From: Pseudovirgaria hyperparasitica
Taxonomy: Eukaryota
Assembly (NCBI GenBank): GCA_010093815.1
Contig: ML996570.1
DNA length: 64,000 nucleotides
Strand: one strand, 5' to 3'
The notes under the pieces are model-generated. The model worked only from the letters and a program-made list of their open reading frames with translations, searched no databases and was not told the DNA's origin. Below are positions 40,601-52,852 of the stretch, in pieces. How positions within the stretch are numbered: the stretch's first letter is position 1; every line of letters begins with the position of its first letter. A program made the translations under genes and the position numbers.

Positions 40601-42488
40601 AAGTATCGCACGCGCCCGCTGGAGGAAGTTTTGCAGAACCACTTTAAACCGGAGCGCATATTTGGTGGATTTCATGAGGCTTCAGCAAGTTACAGGCGCA
40701 AGGTTGCCATCACATCTGCAACAGAGACTGGTGAACATGCCGTCATCTTCACTAATTACAACCGCGCCGAGGATGGATCCGGTAAGACTGTTATCCTTAT
40801 GAACAATGGCCGAGCTGACTGTTGATAGTCAATTATCGAATGGAAAGACCAGACGAACCGAGAAACGAATTGTTACTATGGGAAGTGTAAGTCTACGTGC
40901 AACTCCTACATTATACGACCTGCCATCTCACATATTTGTGTTCAGAGCCAGAGCGACCAGCGCCGCACCAACATTCTTTCGCCCATTGGTCAACTCGCGG
41001 ACCAAAGAGGGCTATCTGGACGGCGCAATCTACCACAATAACCCGGTTCGCATTGCCAACTACGAAAGCAAGCTTCTCTGGCCAGACGCGCAGGACTATC
41101 ATCCTGATATCCTGCTCTCGATCGGCACGGGTCATAACGGACAAGACACGGGTGGCTCTATCGATATGACGCGACAAGAGAGTCGCCGGTATCGGCTCCG
41201 GAAGTTTGCAAAATCGCACGGCAAGGCTGTCGAGACGAAGCCTGCGGCAGCAGCGTGGAACATGCAATGGATGAATTGGCTGAATGTCTTGTTCAAGCGA
41301 GTCGACAACATCCTTGATTCGGAGCAGATATGGAAGGGTTTCAAACAGGATGTGCAAGCTAGCTCGTCGTACTTGGACTTCGGACGCTACCAGCGGTTCA
41401 ACGTGCGAGTGGGTTTCAGGCCGCCAAAAATGGATGAGAAGAATGAGATTGGAAGACTCCATGAAGCGGTCAGGCACAAACTTGGTCTCACTAATTACCA
41501 GCAACGTTTGACTCGCACGGCTAGAAGACTTTTTGCTGGCTGTTTCTACTTTCAGAAGACAGCTCCTGTACGAGACACGGAGGATCATTTCGATGTTCAA
41601 GGTATCGAACGAACTGTCGTCAGCCCTCGTCAGATTCATGCTGACTAGTGATAGGTGAAATCTGCTGCCGTTTTACGCCTGGTACTGGCTACCTGCGACA
41701 CATGGGCCACTGGCTCCGAAAACATCAGCTCCAATTTTTCCAGCCTTACTTCCGAGTCTTCGAGGTCAATAATGAGAATATGGCCCAGAAATTGATCATC
41801 ACGGGCAACGTCATTGCAAAGATGGTCGAGCAGGACCACTTTGACATGGGCTCAATCGTCATTCCCGTCTCCCTCCAGATGGGAGTCGTCTCGATACAGC
41901 TACATGTCGACAGCGACAAGCACTATCTATACCCTATCAGCGGTATGCCGCGAGTCCTGACTGGTATAGAACCACCAAAACCTCCATGTAAGTCGCCCAT
42001 GACCACCCAAATCCCCATCACCGCAGAAAACAAAGCGCTAATCACAACACCCACCAGCATCGCCAACCCCGTCCGCAGAACACTCCCGCGCCACCACCCG
42101 CCGAAAATCCCTTCGCAAACGCCGCACCCCGCCTCGCCATCAACCCGCCCTCTCCCCTCCCGCCACCATCTCGGAAGAGGTCCCCCCTTCCTATGACACC
42201 TCCGAAGACACAGCCGCTTTCCCCGACTCCCCCGAGCACGTCAACGACTGGGCCGAGCGACGCGCGGCGGCAGCCATCCCGCGGCCCAACTCCCCGCGGA
42301 ACATGCAGATGCCAGACATGGCGGAGCTGGATGGCACAGGCGTCTTCGACGGGCGAGCCGACGTGTTAGATGAGGAGGAGGACGAGGAGCTGGCAAAGGC
42401 GCTGGAGCAGAGTCTTGTTGAGCAGGGCGTCGAGTATGATCCGGACGAGCTTGCGCGCGCGCTGGAGCAGAGCCGGATTTTCATGTGA
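37698..42488 (+). CDS. Multidomain patatin-like phospholipase: B-box, GBP/atlastin-like P-loop GTPase, RING-like finger, patatin, PPxY and two UIMs (~1434 aa, 9 exons)
   Basis: Exons 37698-38818, 38880-39559, 39647-40253, 40308-40415, 40471-40781, 40829-40886, 40946-41601, 41655-41987 and 42058-42488 total 4305 nt in one frame with GT-AG introns. Motifs: GQTGAGKS, DCEG, CFCC..CGH..CKAC..CPLH, DGGGIRG, GTSTG, DGA. Confidence 0.85.
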
Positions 42489-42883
42489 GAGGGGAGTGGG
42501 AAGGGTGAAGGGGGGCTGTGGTTTCTGGCTCGGCTGTCTGGCGTATGCGGCCTTGTTTGGTTAGTGTATATGTATATGTATATCCGTGACATGCTTATCG
42601 TCTGCTCTGCTTCGTCGTCGGTATCCGTGTGCACTCGGTCCACTATGCAAAGCGCAATTGTTTACATGCACGAAAACACAATCATACATCTTCATCATAT
42701 ATCGTGTTGCTGTATGTATTTCAAAACAACTGCACACTCCCGCTTTCTGGCACCATTGTATTTTCATTCTACGGACTCCTGAACGATCCCACACACATAT
42801 ATATCTTCGCTAGAAGAAAGATTAAGAAACCACCACATCTCCATAAATGAATAGAATAAGATAAAAATAAAATAAATGGAGAC

Positions 42884-42961
42884 AAAGAAAAGAAAAGAAA
42901 AGAAAAGAAAAGAAAAGAAAAGAAAAGAAAAGCTGGGACGGCAAAAGTGGTATGTATACAA

Positions 42962-43013
<52 letters not shown>

Positions 43014-43049
43014 GCTCTGCTCTGCTCTGCTCTGCTCTGCTCTGCTCTG
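42884..43049. repeat. Compound microsatellite: (AAAAG)n, (CT)n, (CTCTG)n
   Basis: Read directly from the sequence. Confidence 0.93.
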
Positions 43050-44455
43050 TGAGACAGTGAGAGACACTATCCATTCATATATGTGCACTAGAGCGGTTTG
43101 GTCAATTACAGTGTAGAAAGAAGATTGCCTACACGTGCCTCGTGTTGGAATCTGCTTACATTGCGCGCTTCGGCTTGCTTGCTTGCTTGCCTGCTTGCTT
43201 GCTTACTGTGTGTATGGCTCTCCAGTATGTAGTCCAGTAATCCAGCAGGTCCGTCCGTCCGCCACACGCGCAATTTTATAGATGCGGGTTCTGCTTTGGG
43301 GTGCAAGCCTTGCATGAGATGAGGGGCAGGGGTTGTCCGATGTATGCATGCATGCATACATATATAGATCTATCAATTATAAGCATGACATTTCGCCCAC
43401 AAAAGTGCTTGTTGGTTGGGGTTTGAGGTAAATTGATTTATGGGTGTGAGACGTGCGGCCTTGTGGTATTGGTGGTGATAGTTGGTGGTGGTGGTATTGG
43501 TGGTGGTGGTATTGGTGGTGGTGCTGCGCCACGATAGGGGCTTGTGGGTGATATATTAGCCGGCTTACCGCTTTGGGAAGGGGCTAAGAATAGATTGGGA
43601 ATAGGATATGTTGTCGGATATGCGGAGGCTGGCGGGACTGGATGGACTGGATGGACTATTGGATTTGTCGGCGCGCAGCAGGTTAGACTGTACTGACTCA
43701 CTCTGACACGAGCGGCGAGATCTTTTCTGAGGGGGATCTGGTGCGTCGGTGTGGTTATTGGAGGCGTTGCAGCGATGGAGAAGGGAGATGGGACGTTGGA
43801 GTTGTAGCCTTGTGTGTGGGTATGGATTGTCGTCGTCGTCGTCGTCGTCGTTTGCCGTCTGTTGGTCTAACAGGGGTGAGTGTGGTAGTAGCGGGATGAC
43901 ATGCCTGCTGATCGTGCTTATGTTCCGGGCGAGTGGCAGGTCACGGCAGCACAGCACAGGAGCGGTGGGAGACTATTGAATATGATTGCGGTGTTGATAG
44001 GATCTATGTAGATTGTAGTGATAGATGAGATGTGGAAGGACAAAAGGAAGAAGAGATATTAGAAGTGAAGAGGAGGAAAGGAGTCTTGGCAGATCGTCAT
44101 CACGAGGCTGGTTGCTCCGGGCAAGGTGGCGCCAACAAACCACTCAATCAGGAATTCAGGCTGGAACCGACGCTTTCTTCTTCCCACGTTTCACTCTTTG
44201 ACACTCTTGACACTTACAACCCTCCCTTCTTCTCACCACCCACACTACTACTACATCCTCCAGCTTCTGTCCATCTCGCAATCTCACCAATCCCCAATCC
44301 CCAATCCAGGAGCGGACTTGCGCGTCGCCGTCTGCTGCAGCAATTGTTCCTATCGCTCCCGAGCCGTGCATCGCCCCGCAAACTCACTCGGCTGTGCATG
44401 ACGGACTCGCATCACTCTGATCACACCTCTACCACCTCTCCGGAGCGCTCTCTTC

Positions 44456-46661
44456 ATGATGCCTTACGACGAGCGCAATTATTCATACTACCCGCAAGAC
44501 CACACAAACGACAATCATCAACAACAAGCCGCGCAAGATCCGCCAAACGTCTCACCCATCGACGAGCGCTCCCATTTCCCTCCCTCCGCCAGCCTTCCTC
44601 CGCCTCCTCCTCCACCGCCAGCACATCGTCACCCTAGTCTCAGTCCTGGAAACTCATACATGCAACATCAGAATGAAAGGCAGTACGGCATCCCGGTGAA
44701 CCAACGACGAGAGTCGCTCGTGACGCCAGGCATGGACAATGTCGGCGAGCGAGCCGTTGGGGGCGGTGTCACCGGCCTTGCATATGGTGTAGCCAGCAAC
44801 GCAAACGAGCGGGACAATGCGCCTCAGGCTCTGAGAGACATTGACAATTGGGGTCGTTCAGGTAACAGTGCCTCGGGTCGGCGGTACGACGCCTCTGATC
44901 AGCCATATCCCTCCCGTGATGTGCCTGCCTCTTTATCCGGCACTCCGCAACTCCACTCGCAAGCCTCAAGATACTCCTCAAACTCCTCTGGTGGTCCCTT
45001 TTCAGACGCTGCTTACGCAATGTCTACAGGTTCCCCAGCTACCCGCTCCGAACGAAGCCTGCCATGGGACCAGAATCAGAACGCGTCGCAAGATCGGTTT
45101 AATGCCAGCCATCCGTACGCGCAGAATCCTTACAATCGGTGGTCTGATAGTCACTCGCAGCTGGCGGCCGGGGCTCACATAGACCCAAACACGATCGAGG
45201 ATGATGGGGAGGACTTTCCACCCGAGACAAGTTCCAGGCAAAGACGATCCATGCTTCCGTTTGCTCACCGCAGCACTAGTCAAAATGGTCTTGGTACAGC
45301 AGCGGCGGCTGGAGCAGTCGGAGGTGTGGCTGCTGGCGGTGCTGCGCTGAGCGCGTCTCATGACGCTGGTGGACGTTATGCTCCCGTAGGAGTGCTCGAT
45401 GGGGCTTATCCGAATGAAAAGTCAGAGTGGCTGGAGAAAGAGGCCCATGGCCGCAAGCGCATGAAGTGGCTGGTCGGCATTGCCATTGGATTCATCATTA
45501 TCGGTGCTATCGTCGGAGGAATCCTCGGAGGCGTTGTCTTCAAGGGCAAGAGCGCGAATACATCCACCAGCAATGGACAGTCGGCAGCTGATGACGCAGC
45601 ACAGAACGGCGATCTTGACAAGAACTCCAAGGAGATTCAGGCACTGATGAACAATTCCGAGCTGAAGAAGGTCTTTCCTGGTATGGACTACACCCCCATC
45701 AACAGTCAATACCCAGAGTGCATCAAGAATCCGCCTTCCCAGAATAATGTCACTCGCGACGTCGCCGTTCTTTCGCAGCTCACAAATGCCATCCGTCTCT
45801 ACGGCACTGACTGCAACCAAACTGAAATGGTGCTGCATGCCCTCGATCGTCTCTCTCTGCCAGATGTCAAGGTCTGGCTGGGCGTGCACCTTGACAGCAA
45901 CAGCACCACCAACGAACGTCAAGTAAGCCAGATGTGGTCCATCCTAGACACCTACGGCGACGACCGGTTCAAGGGCATCATCGTCGGCAACGAAGTGCTC
46001 TACCGCAAAGACCTGACAATCACACAATTCGCCGCCAACCTGTCCGAGATCCGCACCAACATGACCAAGCACGGCATCAACCTGCCCCTAGCAGCGGCCG
46101 ACCTCGGCGACAACTGGACCGCCGAGCTCGCCGCAGACGTCGACATTGTAATGAGCAACATCCACCCCTTCTTCGCCGGCGTCACCGCCGAGGCGGCCTC
46201 GGGCTGGACGTGGAGCTTCTGGAACGAAAAGGACCTCCCGCTCACCGCGGGCAACTCGAGCAAGAAGCAGATTGTCAGCGAGGTTGGCTGGCCGAGCGCC
46301 GGCGGCAACAGCTGCGGCTCTGCCACGTGCACGAGCGAGACGCAGGGCAGCATTGCGGGCATTGACGAGATGAATACGTTTATGGAGAATTACGTGTGCC
46401 AGAGCCTGGCTAACGGGACTGAGTTTTTCTGGTGAGTCTCTCCTGATGATAGTGATGCTGGTGATGAGGATAAGGGGCATTTTGAGCTAATCGACTTTTT
46501 TTTTGCTGCGCAGGTTCGAAGCCTTTGACGAGCCCTGGAAGATCCAGTTCAACGAGCCGGACAAGGGCAGGGAGTGGGAGGATAAGTGGGGGCTTATGGA
46601 CGTGAATCGGAATCTGAAGAAGGGCGTTAGGATTCCGGATTGTGCGGGGCAGAGCATTTAG
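44456..46661 (+). CDS. btgC: GH17 endo-1,3-beta-glucanase/glucanosyltransferase, type II membrane protein
   Basis: Long disordered N-terminus, a TM helix, then [25 protein letters not shown] and SEVGWPS. After the intron: [19 protein letters not shown]. Confidence 0.92.
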
Positions 46662-47064
46662 GCTTTGCTTGGATTGAGTTTTTTTTAATTTTTCCTTTTC
46701 AATGAGGTGGGTGTTTTCTTGGGCTCTTCTTTGTGAGATGGCATTCGATTAAGAGCAATGATGCGATGCATGATGCATGATGGATGCATGAGGGATGCAT
46801 GAGGCATGGTTTTCTGTACAATTCTTTTTTTCTGGGTTGTTGTTGGGGGGGGACAGGGGGCTTTATATCTTTACTTTTGGCGTTGTTGGGGTTTCTGGGG
46901 GGTTTGAGAGGGGGTAGATTATGGGAGATAGGGAAGGGTGGTAAGGGATGATGGGAGGATAAGGAGATGATGGGAAGTGGGATAGGGGCAGAAGGGGAAG
47001 AAGAAAGGAGAGGAGGATGGACAGGTGGAAGGTGGAAAGTGGCATATCATCTCTCTGTGTGTTC

Positions 47065-47102
<38 letters not shown>

Positions 47103-47103
47103 G
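47065..47103. repeat. (GTT)n microsatellite
   Basis: Read directly from the sequence. Confidence 0.92.
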
Positions 47104-47781
47104 CTGTTTTTGTTGTTGAAGGCATTTTTCTTTCCCTTCCTTTCGTTCCGGGCTGTTTGCCGGGCATGTGTTGCGTGCTTGTGGCTTGCATGGTTCGGAT
47201 GGGATGGGATGAGTGGATGGGCTGGCTTAGGATGGGGTGAAGGGCTGGCTTAGGATGGAATGAGTGGATGAAAGGGGCGAGGAGGGGCTGTAGCGACTAC
47301 ATGGAGATGAAAGATGAAAGATGGAGATGGAGATGGAGATGGAGAAAGATGACATGACATGGCATGCGGATAAGCATCCATGTAGACGGACTAGACTAGA
47401 CTAGACTAGACTAGCACATCACATCACATTCAATGAGAACAGGACGAGAGATGAAATCGAAACGAAGCGAGCGAGTGAGAGAGATGAATCGAAATGAAGC
47501 GAGTGAGAGAAAGCATGAATGATGCTTGCTGCTCATTTCAGCCATGTCAGCCATCCGCCAGTCCAGCCATGCCAGTCACAGACAATGGTCACGCACGCAC
47601 GGAACTTGGCAGTAGACGACGAGCACGCAGGACTTGAGTACGTAGAAGTAGCATGACAGGAGAAGATAAGCTGCTATGGATGGACGAGTGGTGGTGGTAG
47701 TAGTAGTGCTATGATGAAGCAAGTGACCGGATAAGCAATACAACAGGCAGCGAGCGCACTTGAACTATCAAGTAATGGGCT

Positions 47782-47927
47782 ATGAGTTATGAGCAATGAG
47801 CAACGAGTAATGAATAATGGATGGGTAGGCCAGTGAGCAATGAGCAATGAGCAATGAGCAACGAGCAATGAGCAACGAGCAATGAGCAATGAACAATGGA
47901 TGGGTAGGCCAGTGAGCAATATGAGCA
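47782..47927. repeat. Composite repeat: (TGAGCAA)n heptamers around a duplicated 26-mer
   Basis: AATGGATGGGTAGGCCAGTGAGCAAT at 47816-47841 and 47895-47920. Confidence 0.85.
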
Positions 47928-48893
47928 ACAAGTATCGACCAAGGAAGAAACAAAACAATGGAGCCATCAAGCAACAGCCAGGAAGAGAGAGAGAGAGAGA
48001 GAGAGAGACGGACATGCGATGAGAAAGCAACGGAGTATTGAGCAATGAGATGTAGAAGAAGGATGTACAAGCATGACAAGCGTTCATGGTATGGTATGCC
48101 ATACGACGCGTCTTGTCTACTCATATACAGAAACTCACTCCCAACTACTCACTTACTCACTCACTCACTCCCAACTACTCACTCCCAACTACTCACACCC
48201 AACTACCCACTCACTCACAAAAACAAAACTATATTTCAATCCCACGTCATCTCTCACTTCCGTTTCCATTCTACTTCGTTTTATTTCATTTCATTTCCGT
48301 TTTCGACTTGTTTTCATACCCCCCGCCCGACAAGCAATGATACAATATCTCTCTCTCACTCACTCACTCACTCTCTTCAATCCCACAATCCCACGAACCG
48401 TCTCCAATACCACAAACCCTCTCTCCAAACCTCCCCAAACCTCCAAACCTCCCCAAGCTCACATAAAAACGCCTCGCTATGTTCCCAATCACACACATAT
48501 CCACACACAGATCACATACACCATCGGGCCATTTGCCCCTGTCCCCCTCTCCCCTTTCCCTCTCCCCTTTCCCCCTCCCCTAATTCCCCCGATTCCCCAA
48601 AAAAGACCACCAGCCCCCCCCTTCCTAGTCTAGTAGTATAACTTTTTTTTGTTTCGGGAACGATAGAGGGTATACCAAAATATAACAAGTAGAGCCGCCG
48701 CCGCCATCATCACCACCACCACCACCGAGATGTGAAGGCACGAATGTAGACCGACAGGAAAGAGAAAAAAAAATGGCATATATGTATGAACAGGCGCGCG
48801 AATAAGGTGTATATGTACAGCCAACCTTTCAAGCCCGGCGCAAAGTGTCGTAGTAGTGAGATGTCGGTAAAAAAAAATATCCGACAACGAATA

Positions 48894-50909
48894 TTACCAA
48901 GTTTCCTGCATACACATGTCAGTTACCATCTCATGACCACCAGCCGATCCCCAAGATAGACTCACAGCAATGTATTGCGCGCCCGACTTCTTGGCCTCCC
49001 AAAACGCCCTCGCACTCTCCTCGCTCAGGTTGCCCTTCTCCATCGCGATATCGACGAGCGCCTGCTCGACGCCCTCGCCCATGCCCTTGCTGCTACCGCA
49101 CACAAAGATGCGGCCGTCAAGCGCATTGATCACGAACCAGACGAGGTCTGCCCGATGGCGCACCTCGTCCTGCACGTAGCGTGACGCGCCCTGGATGCCC
49201 TTGAACTTGCGGCTCTGCACGACCCGCTTAATCTCCTTTTCGTGGTCGCCCAGCTCGCCAGAGTAGATCTCGTCGAGCATCGAGTCGCGCACGCCCTGCA
49301 CGAGCCAGATCTTGTTTGCGCAGTTGGCGTTCTTCAGTCTGTTGAGGATGAAGCCGCGGAAAGGCGCCATGCCGACGCCGGCGCCGATGAGCATCATAGG
49401 GCCATCGCCACCGAATTCACGTGACAGCGGGTTAGCCATAAGACCACGGAAAAGTGGCACGCGGAGGTCGAGCACGGATTTCGGGTCTATGCCAGAGGCT
49501 TCGGCCTCGATAAACTTGTGCGCCAGACGCTCGAGGAAACCACTGCCAACGCCGGTGCGTTTCGAGTTCTCGCTGTGCCAATCGGAGGTTTCGTGGACCG
49601 AAACGGCAATTTCGATAAGCCGGCGACCACCCTCACGCTCACTTGAAATATGAGGGTCGTTGGAAAGGGAGTAGAACCGGGGCATTAATGGACTGAGAAC
49701 GGAAAGCAGGCTGGCCAAAGGTGGCTGTGACGAGGGAAAGGCGCGTAGTAGTTGAGGAAGCGTGAAATGTGACGATGTGCGTAGGTCACAGAAGGCGCCT
49801 TGACCCTCCGCTGACGACAGATACAGGAGCAGCTGCTTCTCGTTCGGCGCGGACGCATGTTCAGCCATCAGCCGGAGCAATGGCTTTGTCGGTGGCTGAC
49901 TCTGAATGTCAGAGCACCAGGTTAGGAGCTCTCGTCGCGTTGTCACAAGCTGGCGAGGCTGCTCCTCGCCCCAGATCGTAGGCCAGCGACCACCAGACGT
50001 ATTCAGAGTGACCGGTTTGTCCCTAACAAACTTCGGAATACCTAAGCAATCAAACACTTCATCTACCAGCTCAGTCGCGTTTGGCGGGCACACACCGATA
50101 GCACCACCAACTTTGAAGTCAATACCGCTCTCATCTGGGTAGTCTGTGACGTCCAGATCAAAATGGAACGTTCGCTTCTCAGCACCAGGCTTTGTCAATT
50201 CACGGGCATGGTAGATTGGCGCTGAAAACACGTCGTAGGGTGGATGCGGCTGCACAAAGGTCGGTGGGTGCTTGTGGACCAGGGTAGTGTGCTTCGGCTG
50301 GTCTTGAGCGACGGGATCGAAAGATACGGTAGTCTCGGACAGTTCAGGGATCTTTGAAAGTGTTGTGTCCAGACTCAATGGCCCTAGTTTGAGGCCAAGG
50401 CTTCGGAAAGCCTGGTTGTCGGGTAGGACGACAGGTGTAAAGTTTGGATCAGTAGTGTCAGGGGGCAGTGTCTTGACGAAACAGCATCCACCGCCGCAGC
50501 ACTTTTCAATCAGTCGCGTAGCAGCATTTCCTTCCCCAAGAAGCCTGCGCAGTTCCGGGGGATTGTCTGAAATCAGGGTGGTCGACGCGCGTCTTCGCTT
50601 AGGGGTCGCATCTTGGTCTTCTGCGCTAGGACTCAAGGAGAGCTCTTTGATTGCGTCTGTGGCCTCATCTACAGGTTCTGTGTTTGGGGTTGAGGGTGCT
50701 TCCGACTCCTCGCTTGAGTCGAACGGCTCAAAGCGTTCGAGCAAGCCAGACGACTCCGAAGTGACGGATGCGTTACTATCGTGCCTCGGCGCAAGTTCGA
50801 ACTTGTCAACAGCTTGACTGGGAGGATGTGGGATAGGATCGTTTGGGTGTGAGGTTTCGGTGGTGGGTATCCTCGGGCCCTTCGGGTGTGGTGTAGCTGG
50901 TGAGATCAT
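48894..50909 (-). CDS. FAD/NADPH-binding oxidoreductase of the CPR/methionine-synthase-reductase family, lacking the flavodoxin domain
   Basis: PRFYSLS, GVGSGFL, LIGAGVGMAPFRGF, YVQD, FVCG and C-terminal ETW. The start is taken as the first in-frame ATG (50909). A probable upstream intron lies at ~50969-51146. Confidence 0.82.
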   Translation of the reverse strand: MISPATPHPKGPRIPTTETSHPNDPIPHPPSQAVDKFELAPRHDSNASVTSESSGLLERFEPFDSSEESEAPSTPNTEPVDEATDAIKELSLSPSAEDQDATPKRRRASTTLISDNPPELRRLLGEGNAATRLIEKCCGGGCCFVKTLPPDTTDPNFTPVVLPDNQAFRSLGLKLGPLSLDTTLSKIPELSETTVSFDPVAQDQPKHTTLVHKHPPTFVQPHPPYDVFSAPIYHARELTKPGAEKRTFHFDLDVTDYPDESGIDFKVGGAIGVCPPNATELVDEVFDCLGIPKFVRDKPVTLNTSGGRWPTIWGEEQPRQLVTTRRELLTWCSDIQSQPPTKPLLRLMAEHASAPNEKQLLLYLSSAEGQGAFCDLRTSSHFTLPQLLRAFPSSQPPLASLLSVLSPLMPRFYSLSNDPHISSEREGGRRLIEIAVSVHETSDWHSENSKRTGVGSGFLERLAHKFIEAEASGIDPKSVLDLRVPLFRGLMANPLSREFGGDGPMMLIGAGVGMAPFRGFILNRLKNANCANKIWLVQGVRDSMLDEIYSGELGDHEKEIKRVVQSRKFKGIQGASRYVQDEVRHRADLVWFVINALDGRIFVCGSSKGMGEGVEQALVDIAMEKGNLSEESARAFWEAKKSGAQYIAVSLSWGSAGGHEMVTDMCMQETW

Positions 50910-52852
50910 GGTGCGGGTGGGGTGGCGAAGTCGACGAGACACGGTCCCCGAGAAGTAATAGGAATGGCCTGTAGATGAGGCATTGGAGTCAGCAGGAGGT
51001 CAATGCAACTTGCAATGTCCACGACGGCAGCAAACATTGTTCCTGGGTATGTCATGGCTGATCAAGCAGACAAGCAGCAATTGTTCAGCAGAAGTCTGGG
51101 GAGGAAATGCAAAGGTGGTGGGTGGGGCGAAGAGAGACAGACTTACGGGAAGGTGTTATCAGATCCGAGAAACTACGAGTAGGAAAGGTCAAGGGGTGGC
51201 GGAGGAAGCGCGTGAAGCGAGCAATATGTAGGAGAGACAGTTTGGCGAACAGAAAGCAGAATGAACATTGGGGTAGGGAGGATATATAATATTAATAGCA
51301 AAGCCAAAGGGAGTGAAGGATGTAAAAAGGAACATGGAAGGGAACGGCGATGCGATGTAGGAGCGAGAGAGAGAGACTGAGAGAGAGCAAAGCCGAGAAA
51401 GATTAGATCCGTCGGTCTTATTGGCTGCTCGGGCCCCACTTTCGTCACCAGTTCACGGCTGAGGATGAAAGCGAGAGTCATTGCCAAGCCTTTTCCCTCT
51501 CCTCTCTTCACGCCTCATGAGGATGAGGTCAGATGTCTGCACACATGAGGTTTAACTAATTAATTGGTCAATTACATATTACTGATGCTCCTGACGATGC
51601 TGATGTCGTCGCATCTCAACAATTTGTCTCTTGGAATTGGAGTGGGAGTGGGTTGTTATCCAGTCTGTGACATACTGGCCGTCCATCGACCCAACGCCCA
51701 AGTGGGTCGTGGTAGTCAAAGGAATGACTGACTGATTGATAAGATTGATCTAATCTTATCCATCACCGCAGCATGCACACAACGGCCCGAGGACTGGAAA
51801 TGTCTCTCTGCTCTGTAATTAATTGATCACCAACAAACTCTCCGCGCTGACTGCTTACTACTATGGCCTGCTCATCACTCAGCTGATTCTGACTGTTACC
51901 CTCCTTTTCGCATTCCCTTCCTTGCCTTTGATAATTACATCCCGAACCTCCCCACCGTCAAGTCGCTGGAAAAAATGCAGGGGAGAAAAACCAGGAAGAA
52001 ACGCCGATTTCCACCGTCTTTCTGGCCCTGATCGGCGGCCCAATCAGTCCCCCGCACTGCCCCTACCGACATGCTCACATGTATAGTAATTACAGTATGT
52101 ACATATGTATCTATACGAGGCATCCCTACCTACCACTCCTGCAGCCCATCCTCTATTCGAGAAACAATGCTGAACTTCGGACTTTCACGCTTTCTCTCAA
52201 ATAGTCATTTCGTGCAGTCTGCATCTCATCGATGTTCTGCTCGTGACACGTTGTCGAGGAGCGGCCGGCCGTCGTGTTCGGGAGACGAGCGGCGCAGCAT
52301 GTACGTACGTTACACACATACACACACACACACACACACTCATCATTGCGTCAACCCGTCAACCCCTCCAACGTATATCTCGGGTTGGTTTATTAGAGGA
52401 GGTCGGGTATCGAGAGCATTCCATAGGGCAGGGCAGGGCAGGTCATGGATGGATGATAGGTAATTATTCATTGCCGGGACAAGGGGGGCTGCTGGTCCAT
52501 TAGCTTCCCGAGTCCTCTGCCCGACGAGACCCCGCCTGCAGACGGAGACGCGCAGACGCAGGACGCAGACGTATAGTAGACGCTGCTCAAAGACCCTGGA
52601 CCTGTTCACGTTTCTTGACACTACCTACATACACACGTGGGACCGATATTTCGGGAGCAGACGTCATGAGCAGCCATCGTATGAATGGTTGGTAGGTAGT
52701 GGTATGCTGTATCGTATTCGGCATGTCGTCATCACGTAGCTTCAGTGGCTGTGTTGATCCATACATACCTCTACAGCTACACGTGCGTGCCATGAACATC
52801 TCTCTCGCTTTTTACCTTCGTTTCCCGCGTTCTACACGCCATTACACGACCT

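Noticed and set aside
43438..43957. Pro-rich minus-strand ORFs upstream of btgC
   Set aside because: Built from GGT/GTC microsatellites, with no domain evidence.
46662..48893. ORFs, or a telomere/transposon-like element, in the repeat-rich spacer
   Set aside because: Only assorted simple repeats; no TTAGGG array, terminal inverted repeats or transposase/RT motifs.
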